The position numbers and the translations under genes were made by a program. A model generated the notes under the pieces. The model was not told the DNA's origin and did not search any database. It worked only from the letters and a program-made list of their open reading frames with translations. Shown here piece after piece: positions 1 to 13,800 of a stretch of 64,000 bases of DNA (positions are counted from its first letter, which is position 1; each line of letters opens with the position of its first letter). The stretch is from Magallana gigas (taxonomy: Eukaryota), in NCBI RefSeq assembly GCF_963853765.1, contig NC_088854.1, positions 20,088,001-20,152,000 of the forward strand, given 5' to 3'.

Positions 1-134
1 TTTGATATTTGAGTGCTTTTAATTTTTAGCGCCGATGACAATTTGCAAAAATTTAAAACGTTAAAATTGATTTATAGCTTTATGAATCAGATTTGCCAAA
101 AATGACTGATGTAAAAATTTTCAGATTTACAGTA
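1..134. mobile_element. Right end of a TA-flanked MITE-like element; a second end of the same family lies at ~6405-6428
   Basis: gtaaaaattttcagatttacagta (111-134) matches gtaaaaatttccagatttacggta (6405-6428) at 22/24 positions; both end in TA. Confidence 0.4.
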
Positions 135-431
135 CTGGGGTATATTTAGTACACTTATTTGTGTACAAGTTCTATGGTAATAATGAGATCTGTTAGAATA
201 TCATCACTTTTCTTCGTTTTTGAACTTTCTTGCTTAATAACCTTACATTGAAAGTGTCATGTACATTAGTTGATCGAACAATTTAGGCTAAAAGCTTCAA
301 AGCTTAATCTTTTGAAAATAGATTATAGAAAGGATATTTACTGCAAATTATTTGTAATAAAACACATTCAGTGATGTTGATCATTCTTTATGACAGGAAG
401 ACAAATTCTAATGGACTTCTTTTATTTTCAG

Positions 432-595
432 CGTTTCTATGGAAAATCTTTGCCTTTTGGGAATAAGAGTTTTTCGCACCCTTATGTTGGATTGCTAAGC
501 ATCGAACAGGCTCTAGGAGACTATGCCGTTTTGTTATCAACCCTAAAGCAAGAATTAAATGCCACTTCCTGTCCTGTCATTACTTTTGGTGGCAG
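432..595 (+). CDS. DPP7: DPP7 coding exon ([10 protein letters not shown]...PVITFGG-S)
   Basis: ttttcag acceptor ending at 431; AG|gtctg donor at 596; S28-family sequence. Confidence 0.92.
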
Positions 596-3500
596 GTCTG
601 ACACTTTCTTTGAATTATTTTGACTTTGAAGTCTTAATTAATTTTGTCAAATTGGTAAACCTCGATCATGCACACTAATAAACTCAACCTAAAAAAGATC
701 AATGAAACAAAAGGAGCAAAATTACATTTTCACAAGTTTTTGAATTAGCAAAACATTTTAAATGCATATTATGCTCTTTCTTAAATACTGTAGTAAATTT
801 GAAAACTTTGATACTTTGTAATCTGTAAAAGTGAATATATCAATTAAAATTGCTTAATTATTTATTATTTATCGGATGTTGTTTTCAGCTATGGAGGAAT
901 GCTCAGTGCGTACATGAGATTTAAGTACCCTAATTTGGTGGCAGGGAGCATAGCAGCAAGTGCCCCCATTTTTCTACTGTCTGCAAACTCCAAAAGAGAT
1001 TTCTTCTGGGAGGATGTCACCAAGGTCATTAATTTTGCATCATTTATTAATTATACATTATTTATATAACTCTGGGAAGACCAGTTCTTTCTGGTCTTTT
1101 TTTTATTATTTAAGTAAATCAATTAGAAACAAATTATTTTGACAGGATTTCAATGCAGTCTCACCAAAATGTGTTGATAGAGTTAAAAAAGCCTTTGTCA
1201 TGATGGATGTTATTTCAAAGAAACCGGGAGGTAAGAGCTATGAAAGGACCCTAAGGCATCCACTGTGTGTTACAATATTGGGCTGATTTTGGTATGTGTA
1301 AGATTTTGAATTTCTAAGAGATCAATGTTGTATATGCTTTTAATATTAATGATTTCAAATTGTTTTTAAATGTCTCTAAGTCTGATCCAGTTCTGTTCTT
1401 TCGATCTGCATGGGCATTGACAACAAACTTGATAGAACAGACAATTCCTATAAGAGATAATTGTTTCATTTATATACATCTTCCTGCTGCTTCATTGATT
1501 TCTCTCAGGAAACAGAGGTATAATGTTTGGGGTTGATCATTATATAATATAGTGTAATAGGGTTTCCCTTTATGTTAACATTAATCAGCCTCCTTATTGT
1601 CCTTGGCTTTATAAGTGGATCACTGCATGGAGACAGCATGCTTAGGTATTCAGCATCAGTTTCATCCATTGCTTGGATATCAAAGTGAATGTGTCAGTTG
1701 ATTGGAGGCACACCCTATTAATTTCTGATCTGGTATTTCATACAGGAATCAGAACATGAAACCAAAATATGTGAAAGCTTCATTGATAAACATCTACCAT
1801 ATAGACCTTGACTTCGTTTAGTTGATTGAGCACAACATAAAATTGTTGTTTATGATCATCTCAGGCTATGATGCTGACTCTTACAAGAATACTAAATATG
1901 CCATATATATACAGATGAATGCAAACAATCTAGTGAATGCGTAGAAGTGCCCAATTTCTTTTGTTAGAAATTGGATCTGATTTAGACATTTATTAAGGCA
2001 GCTTTGATCACAGTGTAGGTCTACGATTTCAATGTCAAAATAATTTGCAATAGTAGCAGACTATTACAGGTATCAAGTATTCTAAACTCACAGACTGTGG
2101 TTTCAAAGGTATGACGTCAACGTTTTAATCATTCAGCCTGATCTTTGTTTTCGTTTGTTCCAACTTTGAAGGTCCTGTCTAAATGTCTACTTTTGTCTCC
2201 ATTTAGTTTTCACATTAAATAATAATGAAGTTGAATGATGTTAGGAACAATCAGCGTCAAGAGATGGAATAGACCTCCAGGGGGGATACTTTAGTCTTTT
2301 TTTTAAATTTTTCTGGTATATATTTTATGTGGCCCCAGTTGCTAATAATAAATCAAGCTGAATTTAATCTTCTTTTTGTGACTTTTTTTGACTGCACAGA
2401 TTTATTTTATTTTCTGGAGTTGAGTGAATAGGAGTAAAATTTTAAAACTTTATCCTCCCCTTTCAAAAGGATAGTTTTACCAAATACTGTCCTGAGGAGA
2501 CACCTAGTTCCAAACATTCTTAATTAAAGGTCTCTATTTGTTGGGATATTAATTATTTTTGGTTTGTCATCATAAATAAGTGATATCATTATTCACTGAT
2601 ATGATACTCGAGTCTATTTCAGTTGTTATGGTATTTGTTGTCATTTGTTGAGTTTATCATATTTTGCAGAAGTCAAATAATCTGATGTGTGTTATACTGT
2701 AGGCTGTATACATGTATCATATTCTTTGCAGAAAAATCAGTAAACGTATTTATTGATTTCTTAGATTCATTGAACAGCTACTGATATGCTGTAGGGCATC
2801 TTCTTTGAAACTTGGCATTTTTAAATTGGTCTGCAGAAGTATTTTTACTTCTGTACAGTTAGATTTTCAAATTTCTGTATGCCAGATAAAATCTACCTTA
2901 TTCTTTTTACCATACCATTATGATAACTAGACCATTATTGTCATTCTCCAAAAATGGTATGAAATTTCTGTTTGCTGGATGGAATCTATTATTTTTACCA
3001 GACCATTATCTTAACTAGACCATTATTGTGTCATTCTCCAAAAATGGTATGAAATTTCTGCATGCCAGATGGAATCTATTCATTTTACATGACCATTATC
3101 TTAACTAGACCATTATTGTGTCATTCTCCAAAAATGCAAAGATGCCTGTACCTGTAATTGGTTTTCCTTTATGATTGTCATGGGATCTAATTTATTGCTC
3201 TATAACACACCCCCTCCTCCATTAAAAAATATAAACAACAGAACAACTTATTATCTTGATAATCAAATAGTAATCTTATAATTAAGGATCTTAATACAAT
3301 GTATTCTTAATAATCAAAATGTATCCATATCTAGAGGACTTGAGAATACTGATAATCACTGAGTCTAATTCAATATTTCTGATGATTACTCTGGTTTGCA
3401 GGCGATCACTTGCACGCAGAGTGCAAACTTTCACAAATGATCCTGAATTGGTCTTTAAATTGAATGTGTTTGGAATATAATAATTGGATTTTTCTTTATT

Positions 3501-4812
3501 AACAGATACTTCTAAGAATGATTCAGACTTCTGCGTGTCTCTGCTTTGGAATGAATCTGTAAAATCTAAATTTAACTTGGAAAATAATGATTGCAGTGCA
3601 TTTGATCAAGTAATAACAGTAAAAGCTTCTGCGTTACTGAATTGCTGTTAAGGAAAGGATAAAATGACACTTTGTGCTCATGTCAACCATTCTACTCTCA
3701 GAAGAAATGGCAAAATAGTGGTGTCCGTGCCAAACTTGTCAAGTGCAGCCATAAAAATATCTATTCCAATCAAGAAATAGACCAAAGAATGTTTTAACAA
3801 ACTGATATTACGTGTAAAGTTAATCTGACAGTGGATGAATTTTTGTTTTTTGCAAATTTCAAGACTAGACGTAGTCTAGTGAAATCCGGTCAAAAGTAAA
3901 ATCTAAAATGGACTTTTCATAAAATGGGCATGCATGGTTGTGAAATCTGAAAATAATTGATTTTTGTATTCTATTTCTTAGCAATATTATTTACTGTTGC
4001 TTGAAAATTCTGAAAATTGTACAATATATATGATATATATAACCTATCTTATTAATTGATTAAATGTAACAAATTCTACAGGTTTGAAAGAACTATCCAC
4101 TACTTTTGCCCTTTGTAAACCACTGACTTCAATGAACGACTATCACCATTTGCTTGGATGGATAAGGAATGCCTTCACATACCTAGCTATGATGGATTAC
4201 CCATATCCCACCTCATTTATGGGAAACTTACCTGGATACCCAGTGAAGGTAAGACAGTGTGATGATGAACTGTTTGTGCTCTAGTCCCTAGCTACAAATT
4301 AAAGTACCGTACATTGGATTTGTGGTTTTTTCCAGCCCACTACAACAAAGAGTGATAAGTGAGTGATTATAGAGAATATTCTCTACAGAAAGCTCTTAAA
4401 TCAATGTGTTTTCCAAATACTTGTCAAGCTTCAAATGAAAAGTCATCTTGAATTTATATTTGAACACTTGATGAAGACCATTTGCATGCCTTAGATGATA
4501 CATTGCACTTGCAGCCTTCACACTAATTTTCATGAATTTTACAAAATTGCTCAGAAACGCAGTTTCCAAGAAAATGATTAGTTATAGTTAAAGTCAGCTG
4601 TAAATCTTTTTGGGTGAAAATTAATATTATCGAAAAGTACAATGAATTATTTGAGGCCATCATTAAGTCTTTAATGTTCTCTGGTCCATATTATCAAGGC
4701 GGATAGGAAGGGATGCTACAAGTAAACTCTTCTGATTAAAACTTGTCTGTTGCCTGTCGTTGTTGTTGTTGTCGTTGTTGTTGTCTTTGTAAACTTTTCA
4801 CGTTTATATCTT

Positions 4813-4868
<56 letters not shown>

Positions 4869-7800
4869 AAAAGGGCTTTCAAGTTTGTGCAAATAAAGGG
4901 ACTTGTCCCCTTTAAATGGAATCAAGATAATATAGAATTATTATACCCCCTGCAAACGAAGTTTGGGGGGGGGGGGGGGGGGGTAAATAGGAATCACCTT
5001 GTCAGTCCGTCCGTCTGTACATCCGTATGTCTGTGCAAAATTTGTTTCCGGTCCATATCTTTCTTGTGGAGAAACATTGGAAGTTCTTACTTCACACAAA
5101 GATTGCTTATGACCTTAGGGTGTGTCATGACCTTGACCCAAGGTCAATTGAGGAAGTTCAAGGTCATTATTTAAAAAATGCTTAATTCCTGTCTGTGTCA
5201 TGTCTTGTATTAATGGAAATAATTAGAAGCTAAAATTTGACACACAGCTGGCTTGTCTCAGGCCATATAAATTATTTTTTAGATTTTCATCCCCGTCTCC
5301 CTGAAAGTTGCCTGCCCCGATGTATTATTTTTTTTGGAAAAAAAATTGTGTGGAAAAAAAACGAAAAAATCAGGCTCAGTATACCAATATTTCAAAATGT
5401 TTATATTACATGGCTGCTTGACATGTGGATTTTTGTTTGATTCGAGTAATGTTTGTTAACATAAGGATGCAAATTTCCTCAGGCATTAACAATTAACTTG
5501 AAATAAAATGGAATTTAAAGAATAGAAATTGGTTTGTGTACTTATATAAGCATGAACAGTTTTAAAAATAGAGCAGTTGTTATTTATAGAAAATGGACCG
5601 TGAAATAGATTCATCCAATATTTTCTATAATAGAAAAAATACATGAGTTATGATTTTTTCTTAGCGGGGGTTATCAATTGTGAGGTTGCTTACAGTACCT
5701 CTAGTTGAAAATTTGCTGGTATTTTAAAAAAAAACTTCTCAAAAAAAGTTTGACCATGCAGAAAAGCTGTAACTTGTGTGGGAGCATCCTTAGGTAGTGT
5801 AGATTGAAGTTTGTTCAAATTATGACATCCAGGGCTATGGTGGGGCCACACTGATGGTCAAATTTTTACATAAGAATATATAGAGAAAAATCTTTTAAAA
5901 TCTTCTTCTCAAAAACCAATTGGCCAGATAAGCTGTAACTTGTGTGAAAGCATGCTCATGTAGTGTAGATTATTCTCAAAAGCTCAAATGTTATAGTAAA
6001 TAGTATTATTTATGTAATACATATAGTTGATCTTCTTGAGAACTGCAATGCTCAATATGTAATATGACAATGAAATCATCATGAAATCATCCATGTCAGA
6101 AGGGGCTTCATGTTTAGGCTAAGAATGACTGGAGAAACTTTTGAAAATCTTTTTGTACAGGATCAATTTTACTAAATTGTTCAGATATTTTACATACAAC
6201 TCCATTTAGATGATTTTATGATGGCTGTTGTGATCAGGTAAATAACTTACATGGCCCATGAGCCTCTTTTTTAAAATTGTATTACACATTGATAATCATG
6301 ATGAAAACCACAAATTTTTATTACTTTTTTTTGTTGATTAATTTTTAGGAAAAAAATTTTTGCAAATGCAGAGCACGCGCAAATTAGCTAAAAATTTATC
6401 TACGGTAAAAATTTCCAGATTTACGGTATTTATTTGACTGGGAAAGCTAGACAAAATTAATGTTTATTGCTTTAAGATTATTTATTCTGTATGGGTTTTA
6501 AAAATAATATGAAATATCTTGTATTTAAAAAAATGTAACCATGTAGATTAAAAGTAAAAAAAAAAAGGATAAAAAGATCAGGTAGGGATGATTTTGACAG
6601 GTTAGTTGGAATATATCAAACAAATCTCTTTTTATTGTTGGCCTGAGTCTGATCCAATTGTTTGAAACAATCAGAACTTGTGTTGCACATTGAAAACCTG
6701 TGCATATAAATTACATTTTAATGTTTAAAAAAAAAAACACAATTGCTAGCAAAAACCATGCTACTAGTAATATTAATTCTGTCTGAACTACATGTAAAGG
6801 GATTAAACAGGGAACAATATACAGTAAAACACAGTTATAGCGAACATGCTTATAATGAATTGACCCTTACAGTAATTTTCATTCCCTGTGACTTTATTAC
6901 ATATTGTAAAATTGATGGATATAACAAATAATGTTTATAACGAAGCAAAATTGCCCATCTCTGGCATTTTGTTATAAGCATGTTTTACTGTAGTTTTTAA
7001 CATCTTGCAGTTTTTAACATCATCATATGGGTCACTAGGTGCTTATTAAATTTAGAATGATAGAGGGAGGGTTTTTATTTAAGGAGGCTGGGGGGTCAAT
7101 AAAATAACCATCTGATCTTCTCTAAATTTTCAGATTTAATTTGCTTTGCTTTAACTATCATTTAGTAAAGAGGAAATTCAAAAAATTTGAATAATTTGCT
7201 ATATCTGTATTCAAAGCTCTCCTCTTTAGGAAATTAATATAGTTTATAAATGGCCACTGCCATCCAGTCCTCTTAACTTTTGATAAGCTCAACTTATTCT
7301 GGAGATTCAAATTGAGAAATCAGTAATCTTTTATCAGTATTCCAAGGGGCTCTAGAGATCAGACTGGTTTTGAATGAAAACTTTTCTGTAATAAGTTATT
7401 GGATAGTGTTTTGGATTGAACATTTTCCAATCTCCAAAATTGCATCAGATTCTGGGTAAGCTTAGAATCCCTTTCAAATAGAAGAGCTTTGGGTCCAAAT
7501 TGAAAGTCGTAAGGAAGTGGCAACTTGGCATCTCAGATATCTTTATCCGAACGAAGAATGCGTAAAGGGTTATTTTTGGTAATCCAGGAAATTAGTCAAT
7601 TATGGTTTGAAGTATTTTCTGCTGTTGGAAAATATCCATTTCAGTATGTATCACCTAGTGCTATTGGTTGTAGATTTTAGTTATTTATCGTTGGTGGTTC
7701 ATTTAACATAAAAAAGTTTTGTGGCAGAGAAAGGTTTTTTGGGTTTTTTCAATTATTGAATCAATTTAAAGTATAGTGATACAATATTACAAGGATACAC

Positions 7801-10800
7801 TTGTTGTTGATGTTGTTCAGAATTACAGATATTATGGAAAATGTCAGGAAACAATAAATGAAATATCTGTAACACTGCATGTACTGGTTTCTTGATGAGA
7901 TGTCATGGAAAAAGAAATACTTGGAAAATCTACAATATAATCTTGATAATTGGGATGGACTAGCACATTTGACCAGGCGTTACACATGCAAACTGGTGAT
8001 ACAAAGAAAATATTCTAAAGAACTGGCAGAAATGAATGATGTTTAGGAAAATACAGTTATGTTCTTGATTCTTAGAATTGATTCATTTTATTCAAACATA
8101 AATGATTTACCATTGAAAATAGCATAGTATTTATAGGAAAGGAGGTAGAGTGCTCAAATTTATTTTTAAAATAAGGACATGTATTTACATGTACAATTTC
8201 CTACAAATCCCGTTAAATCCACAATAAATATTGACGGAAGTTTTACAATCCATTCATACAACATGTATATCAACATATTTAAAAAAAAAAAATTTATACA
8301 CTTTTTGTAATAATGAGTGCAAGGTTGGGAATGAATAAAACAATGAATTTCTAGATTTATGTGATTCTTATGCCCATAACCATTCATACTAAATACTCTG
8401 TGTTCAAGTTCTTTGATTGACCTTGAATTATGCATGAACGCCAACCTGAAATGTTTATTAACAACATATTTATCTGGAAGTAATGATTTGAAGTTTTCTT
8501 TTTCAAAGTTCTCTGCATGTTTGTCTTTTCCTCATATGAATGAATCTCATCAGCAAGGACAGTGAATCAATTGGGGTTTTTTTCCTTTTTGGCTGAATAG
8601 GTAATTCTTTGAAGTAAAATCATATGAAATATAGTGTGAAAGTTTTCATGTTATTGGCTATTCATTTCTTGAGATTTTTTTTCAAACCCACCCCATCCAG
8701 TTTTCATTATTTCCTAATCATCTACTCCCAAAATTAATTGGATGTGTCCCTGTAATGAACAAAATTGAAAGCCAATCACCCGTGCTGCTTTGTTCCAAGT
8801 TTGGTTGAATATGGCCCAGTGGTTTAGATGCATTTGAGAATGTAAAAAGTAAGCAAACTGAAAAAAGGACAGACAGATGATGCAGGAGAGAGTACCAGAA
8901 AAGCTCGCATAGAATTTTGTTCAAGTGAGCTAAAAAAGAACCCAATCAATTTTATTGAATGTTACAGGTGATATTATGAGGTGACCTCAAATGACTTTAC
9001 AAGGTCAATGATATGTCAAGTAAACATATAGAGAACATGAAACAACTAGAACACATGTACCCGGTAGTTCAATTCCATTGTTGCCACCCTGAATTTGACC
9101 TCAACGAGGCCAACAGAGTACATACAATGTAGTCTAATCTCACAAATGGCTTCCCTCAAATACTCTGCTGAATTACTATAGAGACTCTTCTATTCTTCCC
9201 AAAAATAGTATTCGGAGTTATTTCACATCAGTGAATTTAAAATTTAGCCATTATTGATATGTGGTATAAATTGTGTCAACTTAAGATATGACAAAGTTAT
9301 AACTGTATATAACTTGTTTGTCATCAGTTGCATCAGAAATAAATGATAAGGAGTTGTGGGATTATAAATGATAAGGAGTTGTGGGATTATGATTTGGTTT
9401 GTTCTTAATGCATGCATGTGATTTTTTTTTATGTGTATCAATCTGTTAATTGATTTTTCGAAATTGATTTTTTGTCTCTGGAGCATTTCTTTTGTGAAAA
9501 AAAAAAGTTTGCAATATCCTGATGGATTTTCAAGACATAACTATGCAGAATAAACTAAAGTTGATTAGGGGGAGGGAGTAACCTTAAAGTGGTAAATACA
9601 CATTTTATCTGGCCATGAAATATAACCACTAATATGTTATTCCTTTTTGTTTTATCCTGTATGGCTCCTTTGATACATACTTTTAGCAACAACCCTGTTC
9701 TTTTACCAACACCTTTCTCTGTTGGGTGTAAAATGGAGCTTCATATGAGTAACTGTAAGCTGAAACTCTCAATCAAAATACATGACAAGTTGATGATCTC
9801 CTATACATCATTTTGCTAATCTAGGGGTTTTCCTTTTCATTTGATTTATTATCAAAGGATGCTGAGTACATGACTGTATAATATGGATGCAAGGACTGTC
9901 ATAAAGCATCAAACAAGGGACTTGGACACGATTTGACAAAAACAATTCAAATTTTATTTTTCCATTTTCAATGTTTATACTGATAAATATAGAAGTTTAT
10001 AATGCTATGTCAAAATTTGAAAGTCAAATATCAAGTTATATGCAGGATACAGAGTTCATAATTCTTTGTTTTGTAAAGAAAGCTCGAAATATTGTCATTT
10101 TTACATGTGTGTTGTATTGGTGTAAATTTCAATCAAATGTTACACTATCTTTCTTTTGTTGATAATAGTACGGTATTTATGAAGATAGTGAATTAGTTTA
10201 AATTGTTTTTTGCATATCATTTTGTCTAAGAAATGGTAATTCTCTACCTTACATTTTATGTAAATTCAACTATAAGACTCGAGCTTTGTTTACATAACAA
10301 CCAATTCTTACCTCTGTATCTCTCTTGTAACTTGACTTTAACATTCAATATTTTGGTCAATCAGTTAACCATTTTATTAATAAAAAATAAAATTGTTGAT
10401 CTTAATTCGTGTCCAAGTCCCTTTAAGGATTTAGTCTGTAAATTAAAAGTGCACACTTTTAAGAATCAAAGGATCAATATTTTCTGGAGCTCAATAAATT
10501 TTTTTTAAAAAAATTTGATTCTCCTGAGAAAAAAAAAATGGAGAAAATCAGCAAATACAAGCTACAGTGAGGATTTGTGTGATTGATTTTGATCAATAAT
10601 TTATGTACTTGTTGATATATCCCCTATGTTATGAAGTTATAACCACTTTTCTTTTTAACAATGACAAATCCCCAACGATGTATGATAACTCCTGAATGTC
10701 CTATCTGGGGAATTATTTGTTGATATCATAGATTTGGCTTTTAATTCGTAAAATATGCAATAAGGCCTCTTTTTTTCTATTATTGTTTTCACAACCAAAT

Positions 10801-13800
10801 AACCCAAAATTTCAAGAATTTTAAAGAAAAGAAAAAAAAAACCTTGTGTGTGTAGAGTCAGGTGAATGTATTTAGCCGATGAGCCATTATATTTTTTAAA
10901 AGAATGAATTTGAAGAACTTTTTACAAAGGGAATTTCATATCTTTTTGTGTGTGGGCCGGATTGGGATGAATGGTGCTTAAATTACATGCATATGAATTA
11001 CCATTGCATTTATATATTTGAAAAAAAAAAAAATGTGTTTTCATTATTTTTTATTACGGTATTTCGAGCTACCGGCCAACTTCTTTGGAAACAGTTTTGA
11101 AAAAGTACCCATAGTCCAGAGCATTGATAACGTTATGAAAATGGTAACAAATGTTTGAGTGATTGATTGAGAATTGGAAAACCTTAACGTTTTGTAATTT
11201 GTAAAACTATCAGAGAGTCAAGAAAATATTAGCAGAAACATAGAGTTCCAGAGTTCCACGAGCCTTAATATTTTCAGTATAGTGGTAATCTTGATTCACA
11301 AATGGCTTCCATGTAATCTTGTAAAGTGCTTTGATCAAAGTCTGATTCATTTTATAGATACATGGTTATTGCAGAGCATGATCTTTCCTTGTACCATAAA
11401 AACCTGTAGTAACCTTTAAATATGATTTCATCCATCTCCAATTTGTATTGAATTTTGCAATGTCATAGGAGGCCTTTTATAGGCAGGAAGATGCTATATT
11501 TTTTGCTGGATTTTTTAGAACTCTACCATTTATGATTGTATGATAGAAATTTTGCATCAATATACCTAATGAAATGCCTACCTAGGACCAGGTAATGTAC
11601 CTCTGGGAGAGTTGAATCATGGTTTCTTGTTTTATAAGCCTGTCCATGTGCTCTTTTGTAGGAACTTGCAATGTAGCCTAGTAGAGTGTTTTTATGGGCT
11701 TCTAAATACGAAATCAATATCCATTCTAGTTATGAGGTGCTTTTGGCTGAGTGATAGATTTACAGGCCATTTGCTTTATTACTGTAACTATAACATGTGG
11801 TTATGAAACTCCAGTGTTTTCCATCAATTTGTTTGGAGTCTTTTTTCAGTTATTAAAGGGGCATGTTCACAATTTGAGCTGAAAATTCTTTAATTTCATT
11901 TTTCAATTTAAATGCTGACAAAGCTTTACTATAAAGGAATTTGTAATGGTGAATCAAAATTGAATGTCAGGCGAACAGTTACAAATGAGATACAGAGCTA
12001 ACAATTCTTTGTTATACATGAACAAGTCAAAGCTCCTGACATGTTTTTGCATTCATATGTTATACAATCATGTATATGTATATTGGTAAAAGTTTAATTA
12101 TTTTATATCATTTTTTTATTTGAAAGTTAAAACTTGTATGGCTTTTCAGATCACTAACAAATGTTTTACTTCTCAACTGGATTTTCCAGTATTACATTAA
12201 AATGAATACATTTCATGAATGAAAAGTCCGCGAAGAAAAAAAAAATTAGAATTAGGGTATAATGACAAGTCCCCGAGTTTTTTTCTGGAATCTGTAATGT
12301 TTCAATTTTTATTTTCATGATTATTTCATTTCATTTGACAAAATGTTTATTTACAACATGTTTTACTTTAAAGGTAGCTTGTGGCATGATCCTCAACAAC
12401 ACAGATGCTGTAAAAGGCCTATATCAAGCTTCAGGTAAGATGTTGTTTGTTTTGCAGCATGATATTTTCACATCTACCGAGTATTTTTCTGTTCTATTTC
12501 TTTAGAAAACTGATTGTGATTCATAGTTCTATAGAAACTGACAGGGTTGAAATTATACAATATCCAGTTCTAACTAGTTTATCAATCCACTGAAACCTAA
12601 AGAAACCTAAAAAAAAATCACAGACTGCACGAAATTATTATAATGATGTCAGATGGCATTTACTCAAGTGTTAATTAGACATGCCTTTGTTTTGTATTGT
12701 ATATTTTACATACACTGTCTTCGACATTGTTGCTAACATGAGCCATGTGGCCCCCAGGCCTATTGTAGTACTTCTTTGTCATGTTTTAAAGTGTTACTAC
12801 ATGTACCAGTAAGTACTGTACTTGTCATCCTTTTGCAGAGATATTTTACAACAGTACCGGTCGACTTTGCTTTGACATCTGGGCAGACTTTATTGAGTGT
12901 GCTGATCCCACGGGATGCGGGCTAGGATTCAATAGCAGGGCGTGGGATTATCAGGTACCCTTATACGGTTTAATCTTGAAGAATACAAAAAATTTTTTTG
13001 AAAAAGTACTTAGTAGGTATTCTATGTGGTTCAAACATATATTTTCACTGACATCATGTGAAATGATTTCTGTTAAAATTTACTCCACAAACTATGTTAA
13101 AATTTTAATGCATGTAGTGTGCATGCAGTTCAATCATGATTTAATTTCTTTTGGGAAATAATTACCATTATCTGATTTAATATCATAATTTTAGATATGA
13201 TTGACCTTAAGGAAGTGGTAGTAATTCACATACATGCATGCATATGTTTTTTCCTCTTTGTCAAAATGTGATATGATTTCTGATCATTTATGTTTTTTGG
13301 ATGTATTCTGTAAAGAATGATGTACAGTAAAGTGATATAAGGTCTTGAAATTTCAGCAACTATGAACATGAATTTTATTAATTCATGGGAATGTTCACAA
13401 AGGTATGAAGCCAGTAGATCATTGTCGTAATTAACTTGTTACAGGCTTGTACTGAAATTCATCTTCCTGCTGGGAGTAACAATATCACAGACATGTTCCC
13501 AGTGCTGCCATTCACAAATCCAATCAGAAATCAATACTGCCAGAAGACGTGGGGCGTGGCACCGCGAGACTTGTGGGGTCAGGCACAGTTCTGGGCAGAA
13601 AGTAAGTAAGATAGGTACATGTAGATATCTCCACGAACAATGTACAAAGGAGTCATTCACTTGAAAAAAGGGCTTACATTCCCTTTGTAAAGTTCTACTT
13701 TAGAAATGCTTACATGTACTGACATGTATAATTGTTCACAAGTTCCAATATGATGGAGTGAGTTAATAAACACCTCATACGATAACATATAAATGTAGTT

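Noticed and set aside
4716-5174. ORFs [21 protein letters not shown]... and [10 protein letters not shown]...
   Set aside because: Translations of non-autonomous repeat sequence; such ORFs are often mis-annotated as hypothetical proteins.
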